Assembly (NCBI GenBank): GCA_021828835.1
Contig: JAJZCY010000001.1
Coordinates: forward strand, 1-55,713
Direction: 5' to 3'
Source: Acidobacteriota bacterium
GTDB lineage: Bacteria; Acidobacteriota; Terriglobia; Terriglobales; Acidobacteriaceae
Length of the DNA: 55,713 bases
A program made the translations under genes and the position numbers. This document shows positions 31,556-41,026 of this stretch, piece by piece (position 1 is the first letter of the stretch; every line of letters begins with the position of its first letter). The notes beneath the pieces were generated by a model, which saw only the letters and a list, made by a program, of their open reading frames with translations, was not told the DNA's origin and did not search any database.

Positions 31556-33991
31556 ATGGTAGTGAAGATCAAATTTGCACGGCCCACAGGGCATCATTCC
31601 GCACTGAAGGTAGCGCTGCTGGTCGCCGCCTCCGCCTTCGCTTTGTGCGTGCTGGCCGGCGTTTCGGTCTTCACCTACTACTACTTCGCCTATAAGAGCG
31701 TTGTGGACAAGCGGCTCAGCCAGCCCTTGTTCGCCGACACCGCCAAGATCTACGCCGCGCCCCGCGAGGTGCGCCCCGGCCAGAAGCTGCCCATCAAGCT
31801 GATCGCCAGCGAGCTAAGCCAGGCCGGCTACACCACCACCGGAGCGGTGCAGCCCTCGCCGCTTGGCACCTACACCCTTCACGGCCAGTCCATCACCGTC
31901 AGCCCGGGCCCGCAGTCCTACCACGCGCCCGATGCCGCCACCATTCATGAAAGCGGCGGCGTGGTCGATTCCATCATCGATGCGAAAGGCCAGCAGCTCT
32001 CCAGCTATGAGCTGGAGCCGCTTCTTATCACCGGCCTCAGCGCCGGCACCCACCGCATCAAGCGCCGCCTCGTCACCTACGACGAGATCCCGCACAACCT
32101 CGTCAACGCCGTCGTCGCCATCGAAGACCGCCGCTTCTTTGAGCACAACGGTGTGGACCTGCACCGGATGTTCGGCGCCGCCATCAACGACCTCGAGCCC
32201 GGACATCGCTGGATCGAGGGCGGTTCCACCCTCACCATGCAGTTGGCGCGCGGTTTCTTTCTCACCCCCGCCCGCCGCATCAAGCGCAAGATCATCGAGA
32301 TCGCCATCACCTTCCAGCTGGAGCACCGCTTCACCAAGCAGCAGATCTTCCAGATGTACGCCAACGAGATCAACCTGGGACAGCGGGGCAGCTTCTCGAT
32401 CGACGGCTTTGGCGAGGCCGCGCAGGCCTACTTCGGCAAGGACGTGCGCCAGCTCAGCCTGCCGGAGTGCGCTCTGCTGGCGGGCATGATCCAGAGCCCC
32501 AACCGCCTCAACCCCTTCCGCCATCCCCAGCGCGCCATCGACCGCCGCAACCTGGTGCTCGACTCCATGGTGGAGACCGGCGCCATCACCAAAGAGCAGG
32601 CGGAAGCCGCCAAGCTGGAACCGCTGCACCTGGCCCCCGGCAGCGTCGACGCCAGCGAGGCCCCCTACTTCGTGGACCTGGTCCATGACCAGTTGATCCA
32701 GAAGCTGGGCGACCGCGACTTCAACCGCGAAGGCCTGCGCATCTACACCTCGCTCGATCCAGACCTGCAGCGCGTGGCCACCGAGGCGGTTGCCGCCAGC
32801 ATGCATTCCATCGATCAGGAAGTGGACAGATTGCATGCGCGCGACCGCAAGCTGGGCCGCCCCTACGTCTATCCCCAGGTGGCGCTGGTGGCGCTGAACC
32901 CCCACACCGGCCAGGTGCTGGCCCTGGTTGGCGGCCGCAACTACGGAGCGTCGCAACTGGACCATGCCGTGGCGCAGCGGCCCACCGGATCCACCTACAA
33001 GCCATTCGTCTACGCCGCCGCATTCCAGACCGCGATTGAAGGCACCCTGCTGCCCGGCCAGACCAAGCTCTTCTCGCCCCTCACCATGCTCAACGATACG
33101 CAGACCTCGTACGATGTGGGCGATAACCAGGTCTACACGCCGCGCAATTACAAGAACGAATACTACGGCGACATCAGCGCCCGCCTGGCCCTGATGCGCT
33201 CCGATAACAATGCCACCATCAGCCTCGGCGCCATGGTCGGCTTCGATCGGGTGGCGGCGCTGGGCCGCGCGGCCGGAATCGTGAACGCGCGGGGAACGCC
33301 CTCGGTGGCCATCGGCTCCTACGACGCCACGCCCTTGCAGGTGGCGGGCGCCTATACAGTCTTCTCCAATGGCGGGGTGCATCTCGAGCCGTGGATGCTG
33401 GCCAGCGTCCGTACCCCGACCGGCGACATCGTGGCCGACTACGCGCCCCAATCCAAAACCGTGCTGGATCCCCGCGTAGCCTTCCTGACCACCAGCATGA
33501 TGGAAGATGTGCTGCGCGGCAACGGGGGCGACCCCTGCGAGATGGGCGGAAGGGATTACTGCGGCACCGGCGCGGTGGTGCGCAACATGGGTTTCAGCGC
33601 TCCTGCGGCCGGCAAGACCGGCACCGATCACGACGCCTGGTTCGCGGGCTTTACCTCCAACCTCATCTGCGTGGTCTGGGTGGGCAACGACGACTACACC
33701 GATATCAAGATCGAAGGCGCTCATGCCGCGGCGCCCATCTGGGCCAGCTTCATGAAGGCCGCCACCGCGCTGCCGGCCTACTCCGACACCAAGGACTTCA
33801 CCGCTCCCGATGGCGTCCAGATCGACAGCATCGACAAGGTGACCAACCTGCTCAGCGACAACGCCTGCCCCGATGCCTACGAAGCCGCGTTCCTCGACGG
33901 CACCGCTCCCACCGACTACTGCGACCACCAGAACAAGCGCCCCAACCTCTTCGAGCGCATGTTCGGGCTGGGCAGCAAGAGCGGAAACTAA
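31556..33991 (+). CDS. Class A penicillin-binding protein (PBP1B-like)
   Basis: TM anchor; transglycosylase motifs (EDRRFF.H.G, GGSTLTMQL, Y.N.I.LG); transpeptidase STYK, SDN, KTG. Confidence 0.93.
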   Translation: MVVKIKFARPTGHHSALKVALLVAASAFALCVLAGVSVFTYYYFAYKSVVDKRLSQPLFADTAKIYAAPREVRPGQKLPIKLIASELSQAGYTTTGAVQPSPLGTYTLHGQSITVSPGPQSYHAPDAATIHESGGVVDSIIDAKGQQLSSYELEPLLITGLSAGTHRIKRRLVTYDEIPHNLVNAVVAIEDRRFFEHNGVDLHRMFGAAINDLEPGHRWIEGGSTLTMQLARGFFLTPARRIKRKIIEIAITFQLEHRFTKQQIFQMYANEINLGQRGSFSIDGFGEAAQAYFGKDVRQLSLPECALLAGMIQSPNRLNPFRHPQRAIDRRNLVLDSMVETGAITKEQAEAAKLEPLHLAPGSVDASEAPYFVDLVHDQLIQKLGDRDFNREGLRIYTSLDPDLQRVATEAVAASMHSIDQEVDRLHARDRKLGRPYVYPQVALVALNPHTGQVLALVGGRNYGASQLDHAVAQRPTGSTYKPFVYAAAFQTAIEGTLLPGQTKLFSPLTMLNDTQTSYDVGDNQVYTPRNYKNEYYGDISARLALMRSDNNATISLGAMVGFDRVAALGRAAGIVNARGTPSVAIGSYDATPLQVAGAYTVFSNGGVHLEPWMLASVRTPTGDIVADYAPQSKTVLDPRVAFLTTSMMEDVLRGNGGDPCEMGGRDYCGTGAVVRNMGFSAPAAGKTGTDHDAWFAGFTSNLICVVWVGNDDYTDIKIEGAHAAAPIWASFMKAATALPAYSDTKDFTAPDGVQIDSIDKVTNLLSDNACPDAYEAAFLDGTAPTDYCDHQNKRPNLFERMFGLGSKSGN

Positions 33992-33992
33992 G

Positions 33993-34041
33993 GTAGCGCC
34001 GGTCTCCTGACCGGCAGGAGTGAGGGTCTCCAGACCCTCAC
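33993..34041 (+). repeat. GTAG/GGAG-footed REP pair
   Basis: GTAG-CGCCGGTC-TCCT-GACCGGC then GGAG-TGAGGGTC-TCCA-GACCCTCAC; first unit nearly identical to 46498. Confidence 0.8.
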
Positions 34042-34045
34042 CGTC

Positions 34046-34078
34046 TCACCCATCCACATCACGCCCATCGGGCATCGG
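34046..34078 (-). pseudogene. Stranded duplicate of the nei 3' end (PMPDGRDVDG*)
   Basis: 27/33 nt identical to 34389-34421 (RMPDGSDVDG*), including the stop codon. Confidence 0.8.
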
Positions 34079-34164
34079 GCAGGTGGCCCGGTCAAATTCA
34101 TCGTTTCATGGTCGCATGACTTAGAGTGCCCAAGCCGCGCCGTTTGCGGCTTGGGTGGGAAAGC
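34079..34164 (+). mobile_element. Head-spacer-hairpin REP-like element
   Basis: GCAGGTGGCCC, 34 nt, GAGTG-CCCAAGCCGC...GCGGCTTGGG-TGGGAAAGC. Confidence 0.7.
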
Positions 34165-34338
34165 AGCGCCCTTCGCCCTTCTTCAATCCCACTCCCTCCG
34201 GCAGTTGGTTTTCCCGCCGCCGGGCAGAGCGGCCGATTCCGAGCGCGTGGACTTGTGAAAGCTGATTTGCGCGAAGCATACGCGACGATCGAATGGGGTC
34301 AAAGTTGCTTTTTTCTGAAATGTGAGCCGCATCACGCC

Positions 34339-34377
34339 GGATGCCCCAGGTCTCGATTCTGAGACCTGGGAGAGCAC
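34339..34377 (+). repeat. Hairpin module of the REP-like family
   Basis: GGATGCCCCAGGTCTCGATTCTGAGACCTGGGAGAGCAC; core identical to 47718. Confidence 0.85.
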
Positions 34378-34388
34378 CATCCGTCTCC

Positions 34389-35246
34389 TCACCCATCCAC
34401 ATCCGACCCGTCCGGCATCCGCTGGCAACCTGGGCACCAGAAAGTCACCCGCGCAGCCTCGCCCTGCATGCGCCGCCGGATTGCCTCGCCGCAGCGGCGG
34501 CAGGGCTGGCCGGCACGTCCATAGACCCACACGCTTTCTGCCGGATCGGAGCTGTGTGTCGTCCGCCGCCCGCGGCCCATGTAGGTGACCCTGCGGTCGC
34601 CGGAGTCCCACAGCACATTGGCCCCCACCAGTTTGCGCGCCGCGGCGATCACCGCCTGCACCTGCTCTGCGCTCAGCGATGCCACCGGACAGAAGGGATG
34701 AATGCCGGTGACGAAGCAGATCTCCGATTTGAACTCGTTGCCCACGCCCGCCAGCACCCGCTGATCCAGCAGCACATCCGCGATCGCCTCGCCTGCGCGC
34801 GCCACCAACCGGCGCGTCACCTCCTGCGCATCGAACTCCCCGCGCAGCACATCCGTCTCCTTCGCCGGAATGCGCGCATGCCGTGCCAGCGACTCCGCCG
34901 TATGCATCTCCGCCACCGGCACCTTGAAGCCCACCGCCACATACTCGCTGTTTTCAATCAGGATGCGCATGTCCAGGCGCGACTTGAACCAGCGCTCGCC
35001 GTGCCGGTAGAGGTGCCAGCTTCCGTTCATCAGCATGTGCGTGGCCAGCGTGGCGCCGCCGGAGAAGTGGATGAGCAGCCACTTGCCACGCGCCTCCACG
35101 CTCTCCACCACGCGCCCCGTGATCGCCGCATCGTCATGGAAGCGCGTCAGGTTTGGATACGTGGAGCGGAACACCGTGACCGGCTTACCACCCAGAGCGC
35201 GGTCCAGCGTCCTGGCGGTTCGAAAGATGGTATCGCCTTCAGGCAT
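34389..35246 (-). CDS. nei: Fpg/Nei-family DNA glycosylase (endonuclease VIII-like)
   Basis: N-terminal MPEGD, RGK.LL, H2TH (LLDQR.LAGVGN..KSE), zinc finger CRRC...CPGCQ. Confidence 0.92.
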   Translation of the reverse strand: MPEGDTIFRTARTLDRALGGKPVTVFRSTYPNLTRFHDDAAITGRVVESVEARGKWLLIHFSGGATLATHMLMNGSWHLYRHGERWFKSRLDMRILIENSEYVAVGFKVPVAEMHTAESLARHARIPAKETDVLRGEFDAQEVTRRLVARAGEAIADVLLDQRVLAGVGNEFKSEICFVTGIHPFCPVASLSAEQVQAVIAAARKLVGANVLWDSGDRRVTYMGRGRRTTHSSDPAESVWVYGRAGQPCRRCGEAIRRRMQGEAARVTFWCPGCQRMPDGSDVDG

Positions 35247-35279
35247 TTTTTCCTTGGTCTTGGATGAGAGTCAGGTCCA

Positions 35280-38200
35280 TCACTGCACATCTCCCGCGTG
35301 CGCATCGCGCGAGTGCCCCATCGGCAGCGGAATCCGCCGCAACTGCATGCCCAGCGGCCCAGGATGAAATCCCGCATCCATCAGAAAGCGCGCCATGCAA
35401 TTCGCCGCCACCGGCTGGCCGTTCACCGTCGTGATCAGCACGCCCTCATGCGGATGCGCGCGCATGCGCTCCTGCCCGCGGCTGCACAGGAAGTGCGCCA
35501 GTCCCGCGGCCACCTGCGACCGCTCCGGCTCCTCGGCCGGCAAAAATACCAGCACATGCGGATTGCCGCGCCTGAGCCACGCCACTAACTGCCCGTTGCG
35601 CAGAACCACCTCCGCGTAGGCGGCGCGCGTCAGCACCCGCGGCGCGGACTCCACATCCTCCTCGGCCACCGGCAGATCGGGCCAGCGCAACACCGACCCA
35701 TACGGATTCGCGGGATCGCTCGCCGCCAGCGATACAAACTCCGGCTTCTCCGCCGAGGGTGCGGTGCGCAACTGCCGCAGCAGATCCACCGCCGCAGGCA
35801 GCGCAAACTGCGTGGCGCCCAGGCCCGCCACAAAGTACCCGCGCCGAATCCGCCCGCTCTCTTCCAGCGCCTTCAGCACATCGTACACGGCACTGAAGCC
35901 GCCAGGCACATTCTCCGCCGCCACCATCTCGCGCAGCAGCACGCCGTACCGGCTCAGAAGCTGCATCGCCAGCGCATGACTGGCCTCGGTTGTCGATCGA
36001 GAGTCCGCTGCATGCAATGCCGACCAACGGCCCTGCGCATTGGGCGGGGTCGTTCGCCGCGAGCGAAACACCATCCCCGTCTGCGCACGTCGAGGCGTGC
36101 GCGCGCTCTCCGGCCGCGCAATGTAGGCGCGCAGCGCGTGCAGCGAATCGTTGCTGACCAGCCCGCGCCACACCAAGCTCCACAACGCCTCAATCGTCTC
36201 GCCCGGGTAGCCGCCGCCCACCGCCTGATGCAGCGGGTCGAAGAAGTTCGCCCCATTCGATCTCAGCACATCCAGAATCTTCTCTTCGCGCTCGCTCAGC
36301 GGCTCTGTCTGCGGCCGCCTCTGCGCCAGCAGCGGCAGCTTGTCGGCGAGAAACAGCGCAATACGCCCATCGCGTTCGCCAATCGGCTCCACGCCCGCCC
36401 ACGCCACCTCGCCCGCGGCAATCAGCGTGTCCAGTCCCGCAGGCGCGTAGTCCGCAATCCGCGCCGGCAAAATCGCGCTCTCCAGCAACGACGCGGGCAG
36501 CGGCGCTCCCTGCAAATTGTCAATCGCATCCAGCAGCGCATCCAGATGCGCCGGCCCCCCGCGCCGCGGCGTCAGGATTCCCTGCCAGTGCGTGAGAAAG
36601 CGCGCCAGCGTGTGCTGCTCCACCGGCTCGACTTCGCGCCGCAGCCGCGCCAGCGACTTGCGCCGGATCTGGCGCAGAATCTCCGCATCGCACCACTCGC
36701 GGTGGATGCCACCGGGCAGAAATCCGCCTTCCAGCACCCGCCCCTCGCGCGCCAGCAGTTGCAGCACGTTCTCAACGGCCTCGCTATCCAGCCCGAAGCG
36801 CTCCGCGGCCTCGCGCACGGTAAACGGCCCGTGCGTCCGCGCATAGCGCCGCACCAGTTCCAGCACCGGGTGCGCCACCGGCTCTAGCAGCGCCACCGCC
36901 AGGCCCGGCGGCAACGGAATCCCCAGCGCATCGCGATACCGCGCCGCATCCTCGGCCGCAACGTAGCGCTTTTCCCCGGCAACCCGCAGCTCCAGCACGC
37001 GGCGCGCGCGGATCAACCGCGGCAGCGACTCCAGCACCGCCGCATCCACCACCCGGCGCGCCAGCTCGGCCTGGGACAGATCGCCCAGCTTCAGCAGCAG
37101 ATCGTGCACACCATCCGCCGAGCGCGCACGCAGATTGTCCGCCAGGGACTGCGCCGCCTCTTCCACCTCGGCAATCGCGTTCGGGTCGAGCAGTTCGCGC
37201 AGGTCCGCCTCGCCCAGCAGCTCGCGCAACTGCTCCTGGTCGATGGTCAGCGCCTGCGCGCGCCGTTCGGCCAGCGGCGCGTCGCCGTCATACACAAAAT
37301 TCGCCACGTAGCTGAACAGCAGCGATGAAGCGAACGGCGAGGGTTTGCGCGTATCCACCACGTGCACCCGGAGCTTCCGCTCTTCTATCTCCTTAAGGAT
37401 CTCAATCAGGGAAGACATGTCGAAGACGTCGCGCAAACACTCGCGGTACGCCTCCAGCAGCAGCGGAAACGACGGATACCGCGAGGCCACGCTGAGCAGG
37501 TCGTAGGATTTTTTGCGCAGCTGCCACAGCGGCGAGCGCTGATCGGCGCGGCGGCGCGGCAGCAGCAGCGCCCGTCCGGCCGCCTCGCGAAAGCGGCCAG
37601 CGAACAGCGCCGTCGAGCCAAGCTGGCGCAGCACCAGTTGCATCGCTTCCGCCGACTCGACGAGGATCCAGTCGGAGTCCGGCGGTTCGTCCGTATCCGG
37701 AAAGCGCAGCACAAAACCGTCGTCGCCCCACAGCGCCTCCACCTCCGGACCGCCCGCGGCGCGGATGCGCGCGCTCACCGCCATCGCCCAGGGAATGTGA
37801 ATGCGGCTGCCAAAGGGCGTCAGCACGCAGACGCGCCAGTCGCCGAGCTCGTCGCGCGTTCTTTCAATCACGATGGTGCGATCGTCGGGAATCTGCCCGG
37901 TGGCTTCGGCCTGGTCGGCCAGAAAACGCAGCAGATTCTCCGCCGCGCCGGGATCGAGATCGTGCTCCGCCACCAGGCGCGTGAGCGCCGCCGGCGCGGG
38001 CAACGCGCGCAGCTCGCGCACCATCGCGCCGATGCGACGGCCGAACTCGAGCGGCCGGCCCGGCCCGTCGCCCTTCCAGAACGGCATCTTGCCGGGCTCG
38101 CCCGGCGCCGGCGTCACCGTCACGCGATCGTGCGTGATCTCCACGATCCGCCACGTGGAAGCGCCGAGAATAAACGTCTCGCCCGGGTGCGACTCGAAGA

Positions 38201-40274
38201 CCATCTCCTCGTCGAGCTCGCCCACCCGCACCGTCTTGCCCTCGGTGTAGGCGAGAAAAACGCCATAGAGGCCGCGGTCGGGAATCGTGCCCGCATTCAG
38301 GATCGCCAGCCGCGCCGCGCCCTCGCGCGCCGTGACCACGTTGCGAATGCGGTCCCAGGTCAGCCGCGGCCGCAGCTCCCCAAACTCATCCGAGGGATAT
38401 CGGCCGCTCAACAGATCGAGCACGCCTTCGAAGGCCGAACGCATCAACCCGCCAAACGGCGCCGCCCCGCGCACCAGATCGAACAGGTAATCGACTGAGA
38501 CTTCAGCAGGAGCGAACTCAGCGCTGTTAGCGGAGTTATAGAAGCCGGGTGCCCCAGGTCCCCCGCGTTTGGGGACCTGGGAAACCACAGCCGTGGATGC
38601 GCGATCTCTCGTCTCTGGTCTATTGTCCTTAGGCGCTGTCTTCTTGTTCCCCCGTTCCCACGTTGCCTTGCCCCCTGCCGCGGCGACAATCGCCACCAGC
38701 TGCTGCGCCAACACGTCCAGCGGATTGCGCGGGTAACGCGTCGACTCGATGTGGCCCTCGTGCATGGCGCGCGTCACCGCCGCGCAGGCCACCAGATCGG
38801 CGCGGTACTTCGGAAACAAAATCCCCTCGCTCACCGCGTCTACACTGTGCCCCGCGCGGCCGATGCGCTGCATGCCGCTGGCCACAGAAGGCGGCGACTC
38901 GATCTGAATCACCAGGTCCACCGCGCCCATATCGATGCCCAGCTCCAGCGTGGAAGTGGCGCACAGCGCGCGAATCTGCCCGGCCTTCAACTGCTCCTCG
39001 ATGACCGCCCGCTGCGCCGCCGCCAGCGAGCCGTGGTGTGCCCGCGCAATCGGCTCACCGGCCAGTTCGTTGAGAGCGCCCGCCAACCGCTCCGCGATCT
39101 GCCGCGAATTCACGAAGAGAATCGTCGAGTTGCGCGCGCGAATGATCTCCAGCAGCCGCGGATGAATCGCATTCCAGATGGAGACGCGCTTGGGCGCTTG
39201 CGAGGCCGGTCCCGACGGAATCTCCTCCAGTTCGCCCAGCCGCGCCATGTCCTCCACCGGCACCTCGATGTGCAGCTTGAGCTGCTTGCGCGCCGAGGCA
39301 TTGACGATGGTCACGGGCCGGTAACGCAGCGCCTCCGCCGATTGAACTGGAACCGAAGAATCAGGAACCGGGGAAGCAATGGAATGAGCGGCCATTGAAG
39401 CATCCGGCCCATCGCTCAGTTTCTCGTCGAGCAACGCCACCAGATCGGGCGCATCCGATCCCTGATCCCTGACCCCTGATCCCTGTTCTCTCGTTCCCTC
39501 GTTCTCTCGTTCCCTTGTTCCCTGTACTTCCACCCCGCCCAGGAACCGCGCCACCTCTTCGAGCGGCCGCTGCGTGGCCGAGAGCCCGATGCGTTGCAGC
39601 GGCTTCCCCGTGAGTGCCTGGAGCCGCTCCAGCGTCAGAGAAAGATGCGCACCGCGCTTGGTAGGCACCAGCGCATGGATTTCGTCGATGATGACGGTAT
39701 CCACGGTGCGCAGCGCCTCCGCCGCCTGCGAAGTCAGGATCAGGTAGAGCGACTCCGGCGTGGTGATCAGAATCTCCGCCGGCTGCCGGGCAAAGCGCGC
39801 CCGCTCACGCTGCGGCGTGTCCCCGGTGCGCACCGCGATCTCCGGCTCGTGAAACGGCACCCCCATGCGCCGCGCCATGTTGGCGATCCCCGCCAGCGGC
39901 GAGCGCAGGTTCCGCTCCACGTCCACCGCCAGCGCCTTCAGCGGCGAGACGTAGACGATGCGGCAGCCCTTGCTCTCTTTGTCCCTGTGTCCCTTTGTCC
40001 CTTTGTCCCTGGCTTCTTGTTCCCTCGTTCTCTTGTTCCCTTGTTCGCTGTTGTGCAGCATCAGCCGGTTCAGGCACCACAGAAACGCGGTCAGCGTCTT
40101 GCCCGTCCCGGTCGGCGCCAGGATCAGCGCATTCTCCCCGCGCGCGATCACCGGCCAGCCCATGCGCTGCGGAGCGGTGGGGGCGTCAAAGACGGCGCGA
40201 AACCACGCCGCCGTCACCGGGTGAAACGCGGCAAAGGGATCCAAGGGTTCCGAAGGGTGGGAAGGCCGGCTCAT
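35280..40274 (-). CDS. lhr: Large Lhr helicase with C-terminal glycosylase-like/HTH domains
   Basis: APTGTGKT, SPLKALA.D, TTPESL, DEIH, SAT, HHGS, TSTLELGID, QRIGRAGH, GTIPDRG; 1664 aa with several low-complexity inserts. Confidence 0.95.
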   Translation of the reverse strand: MSRPSHPSEPLDPFAAFHPVTAAWFRAVFDAPTAPQRMGWPVIARGENALILAPTGTGKTLTAFLWCLNRLMLHNSEQGNKRTREQEARDKGTKGHRDKESKGCRIVYVSPLKALAVDVERNLRSPLAGIANMARRMGVPFHEPEIAVRTGDTPQRERARFARQPAEILITTPESLYLILTSQAAEALRTVDTVIIDEIHALVPTKRGAHLSLTLERLQALTGKPLQRIGLSATQRPLEEVARFLGGVEVQGTRERENEGTREQGSGVRDQGSDAPDLVALLDEKLSDGPDASMAAHSIASPVPDSSVPVQSAEALRYRPVTIVNASARKQLKLHIEVPVEDMARLGELEEIPSGPASQAPKRVSIWNAIHPRLLEIIRARNSTILFVNSRQIAERLAGALNELAGEPIARAHHGSLAAAQRAVIEEQLKAGQIRALCATSTLELGIDMGAVDLVIQIESPPSVASGMQRIGRAGHSVDAVSEGILFPKYRADLVACAAVTRAMHEGHIESTRYPRNPLDVLAQQLVAIVAAAGGKATWERGNKKTAPKDNRPETRDRASTAVVSQVPKRGGPGAPGFYNSANSAEFAPAEVSVDYLFDLVRGAAPFGGLMRSAFEGVLDLLSGRYPSDEFGELRPRLTWDRIRNVVTAREGAARLAILNAGTIPDRGLYGVFLAYTEGKTVRVGELDEEMVFESHPGETFILGASTWRIVEITHDRVTVTPAPGEPGKMPFWKGDGPGRPLEFGRRIGAMVRELRALPAPAALTRLVAEHDLDPGAAENLLRFLADQAEATGQIPDDRTIVIERTRDELGDWRVCVLTPFGSRIHIPWAMAVSARIRAAGGPEVEALWGDDGFVLRFPDTDEPPDSDWILVESAEAMQLVLRQLGSTALFAGRFREAAGRALLLPRRRADQRSPLWQLRKKSYDLLSVASRYPSFPLLLEAYRECLRDVFDMSSLIEILKEIEERKLRVHVVDTRKPSPFASSLLFSYVANFVYDGDAPLAERRAQALTIDQEQLRELLGEADLRELLDPNAIAEVEEAAQSLADNLRARSADGVHDLLLKLGDLSQAELARRVVDAAVLESLPRLIRARRVLELRVAGEKRYVAAEDAARYRDALGIPLPPGLAVALLEPVAHPVLELVRRYARTHGPFTVREAAERFGLDSEAVENVLQLLAREGRVLEGGFLPGGIHREWCDAEILRQIRRKSLARLRREVEPVEQHTLARFLTHWQGILTPRRGGPAHLDALLDAIDNLQGAPLPASLLESAILPARIADYAPAGLDTLIAAGEVAWAGVEPIGERDGRIALFLADKLPLLAQRRPQTEPLSEREEKILDVLRSNGANFFDPLHQAVGGGYPGETIEALWSLVWRGLVSNDSLHALRAYIARPESARTPRRAQTGMVFRSRRTTPPNAQGRWSALHAADSRSTTEASHALAMQLLSRYGVLLREMVAAENVPGGFSAVYDVLKALEESGRIRRGYFVAGLGATQFALPAAVDLLRQLRTAPSAEKPEFVSLAASDPANPYGSVLRWPDLPVAEEDVESAPRVLTRAAYAEVVLRNGQLVAWLRRGNPHVLVFLPAEEPERSQVAAGLAHFLCSRGQERMRAHPHEGVLITTVNGQPVAANCMARFLMDAGFHPGPLGMQLRRIPLPMGHSRDAHAGDVQ
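38547..38588 (+). repeat. REP-like hairpin inside the lhr coding sequence
   Basis: GGGTGCCCCAGGTCCCCCGCGTTTGGGGACCTGGGAAACCAC versus intergenic 47841 GGGTGCCCCAGGTCCCCCGCTTCTGGGGACCTGGGAGACCAC. Confidence 0.9.
39457..39524. repeat. (GATCCCT)x4 plus (GTTCYCTC)x5 degenerate tandem repeats inside lhr
   Basis: Read directly; encodes part of QGTRERENEGTREQGSGVRDQGS. Confidence 0.85.
39979..40048. repeat. (TTGTCCCT)x4 plus (TTGTTCCC)x4 degenerate tandem repeats inside lhr
   Basis: Read directly; encodes part of SEQGNKRTREQEARDKGTKGHRDK. Confidence 0.85.
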
Positions 40275-40305
40275 ACTGCTCTTCTGAGCTTACCGCGCCG
40301 GGCGA

Positions 40306-40325
40306 GGCGAAGAGCAAGCGAAGAG
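40306..40325 (-). promoter_or_regulatory. Possible LexA-type direct repeat over the lhr -35 region
   Basis: Minus strand CTTC-GCTTGCT-CTTC (period 11); TAAGCT -10 at 40292-40287. Confidence 0.4.
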
Positions 40326-40588
40326 TCGCAACCCCGAATCCACCGCGCCGAGCGATCGCCCTTACGGCAGACCTGCGCTGACCACCGCCGGTTCGATACT
40401 GCGGCATCGCACTCAGGAGATCTGCTCGTGAATTGCGAGGGACCGGGGGCACCCACGACTGGAGCACCTCTCCCGGAAACCGGGCTAACTGGCTGCTCGC
40501 CGCAGGCGATCGCGCCAAGAGGGCCAGCGTTCGACTCCCCACCCTCCTCCCGTCTCTTCGGCGATACTCGTGATGGAGAGGCCAAGAG

Positions 40589-41026
40589 ATGCAAACCGTC
40601 GAGACATTCTTAACGCCAGCACCTGCGGAGACCATCTGGCACGTTCTTGCTGATGTTTCTCGATGGAAGGAATGGACATCCACGATCCTGGACATCACGC
40701 CGCTCACCGGAAACGGCCTCCGCGTGGGCGCCCGCTATCGCGTGTCGCAGCCGGGGCTGAAGCCAGCAGAATACGAAGTCACTGCTTGCGTTCCGTATGA
40801 GAGCTTTACGTGGGTTCAGAAGATGGCAGGTGGCGGCCTGTTTGCCACCCATGCTCTACGCCCGAAAGGCGCGTTGAGAGAGGTCGAACTCTCGTTCTTC
40901 TCCAAAGGGCTGCTCCCCGCCGCCGCTTCATTCGTGTTTGCGGGCAAGATACGAGAATTCGTTGCCACAGAAGCACGCTGCCTGAAGGAGAAGGTCGAAC
41001 GATTAGCAGCGGATCGACTGGCGTAA
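40589..41026 (+). CDS. SRPBCC (polyketide cyclase/START-like) family protein
   Basis: APAE.IW.VLADV..W.EW, VGARYRV.QP.L, FTW. Confidence 0.75.
   Translation: MQTVETFLTPAPAETIWHVLADVSRWKEWTSTILDITPLTGNGLRVGARYRVSQPGLKPAEYEVTACVPYESFTWVQKMAGGGLFATHALRPKGALREVELSFFSKGLLPAAASFVFAGKIREFVATEARCLKEKVERLAADRLA

Noticed and set aside
40525-40550. tRNA-like GTTCGACTCC motif
   Set aside because: Flanks (CAGCG / CCCCA) do not form a T-stem and no cloverleaf or CCA end could be built.
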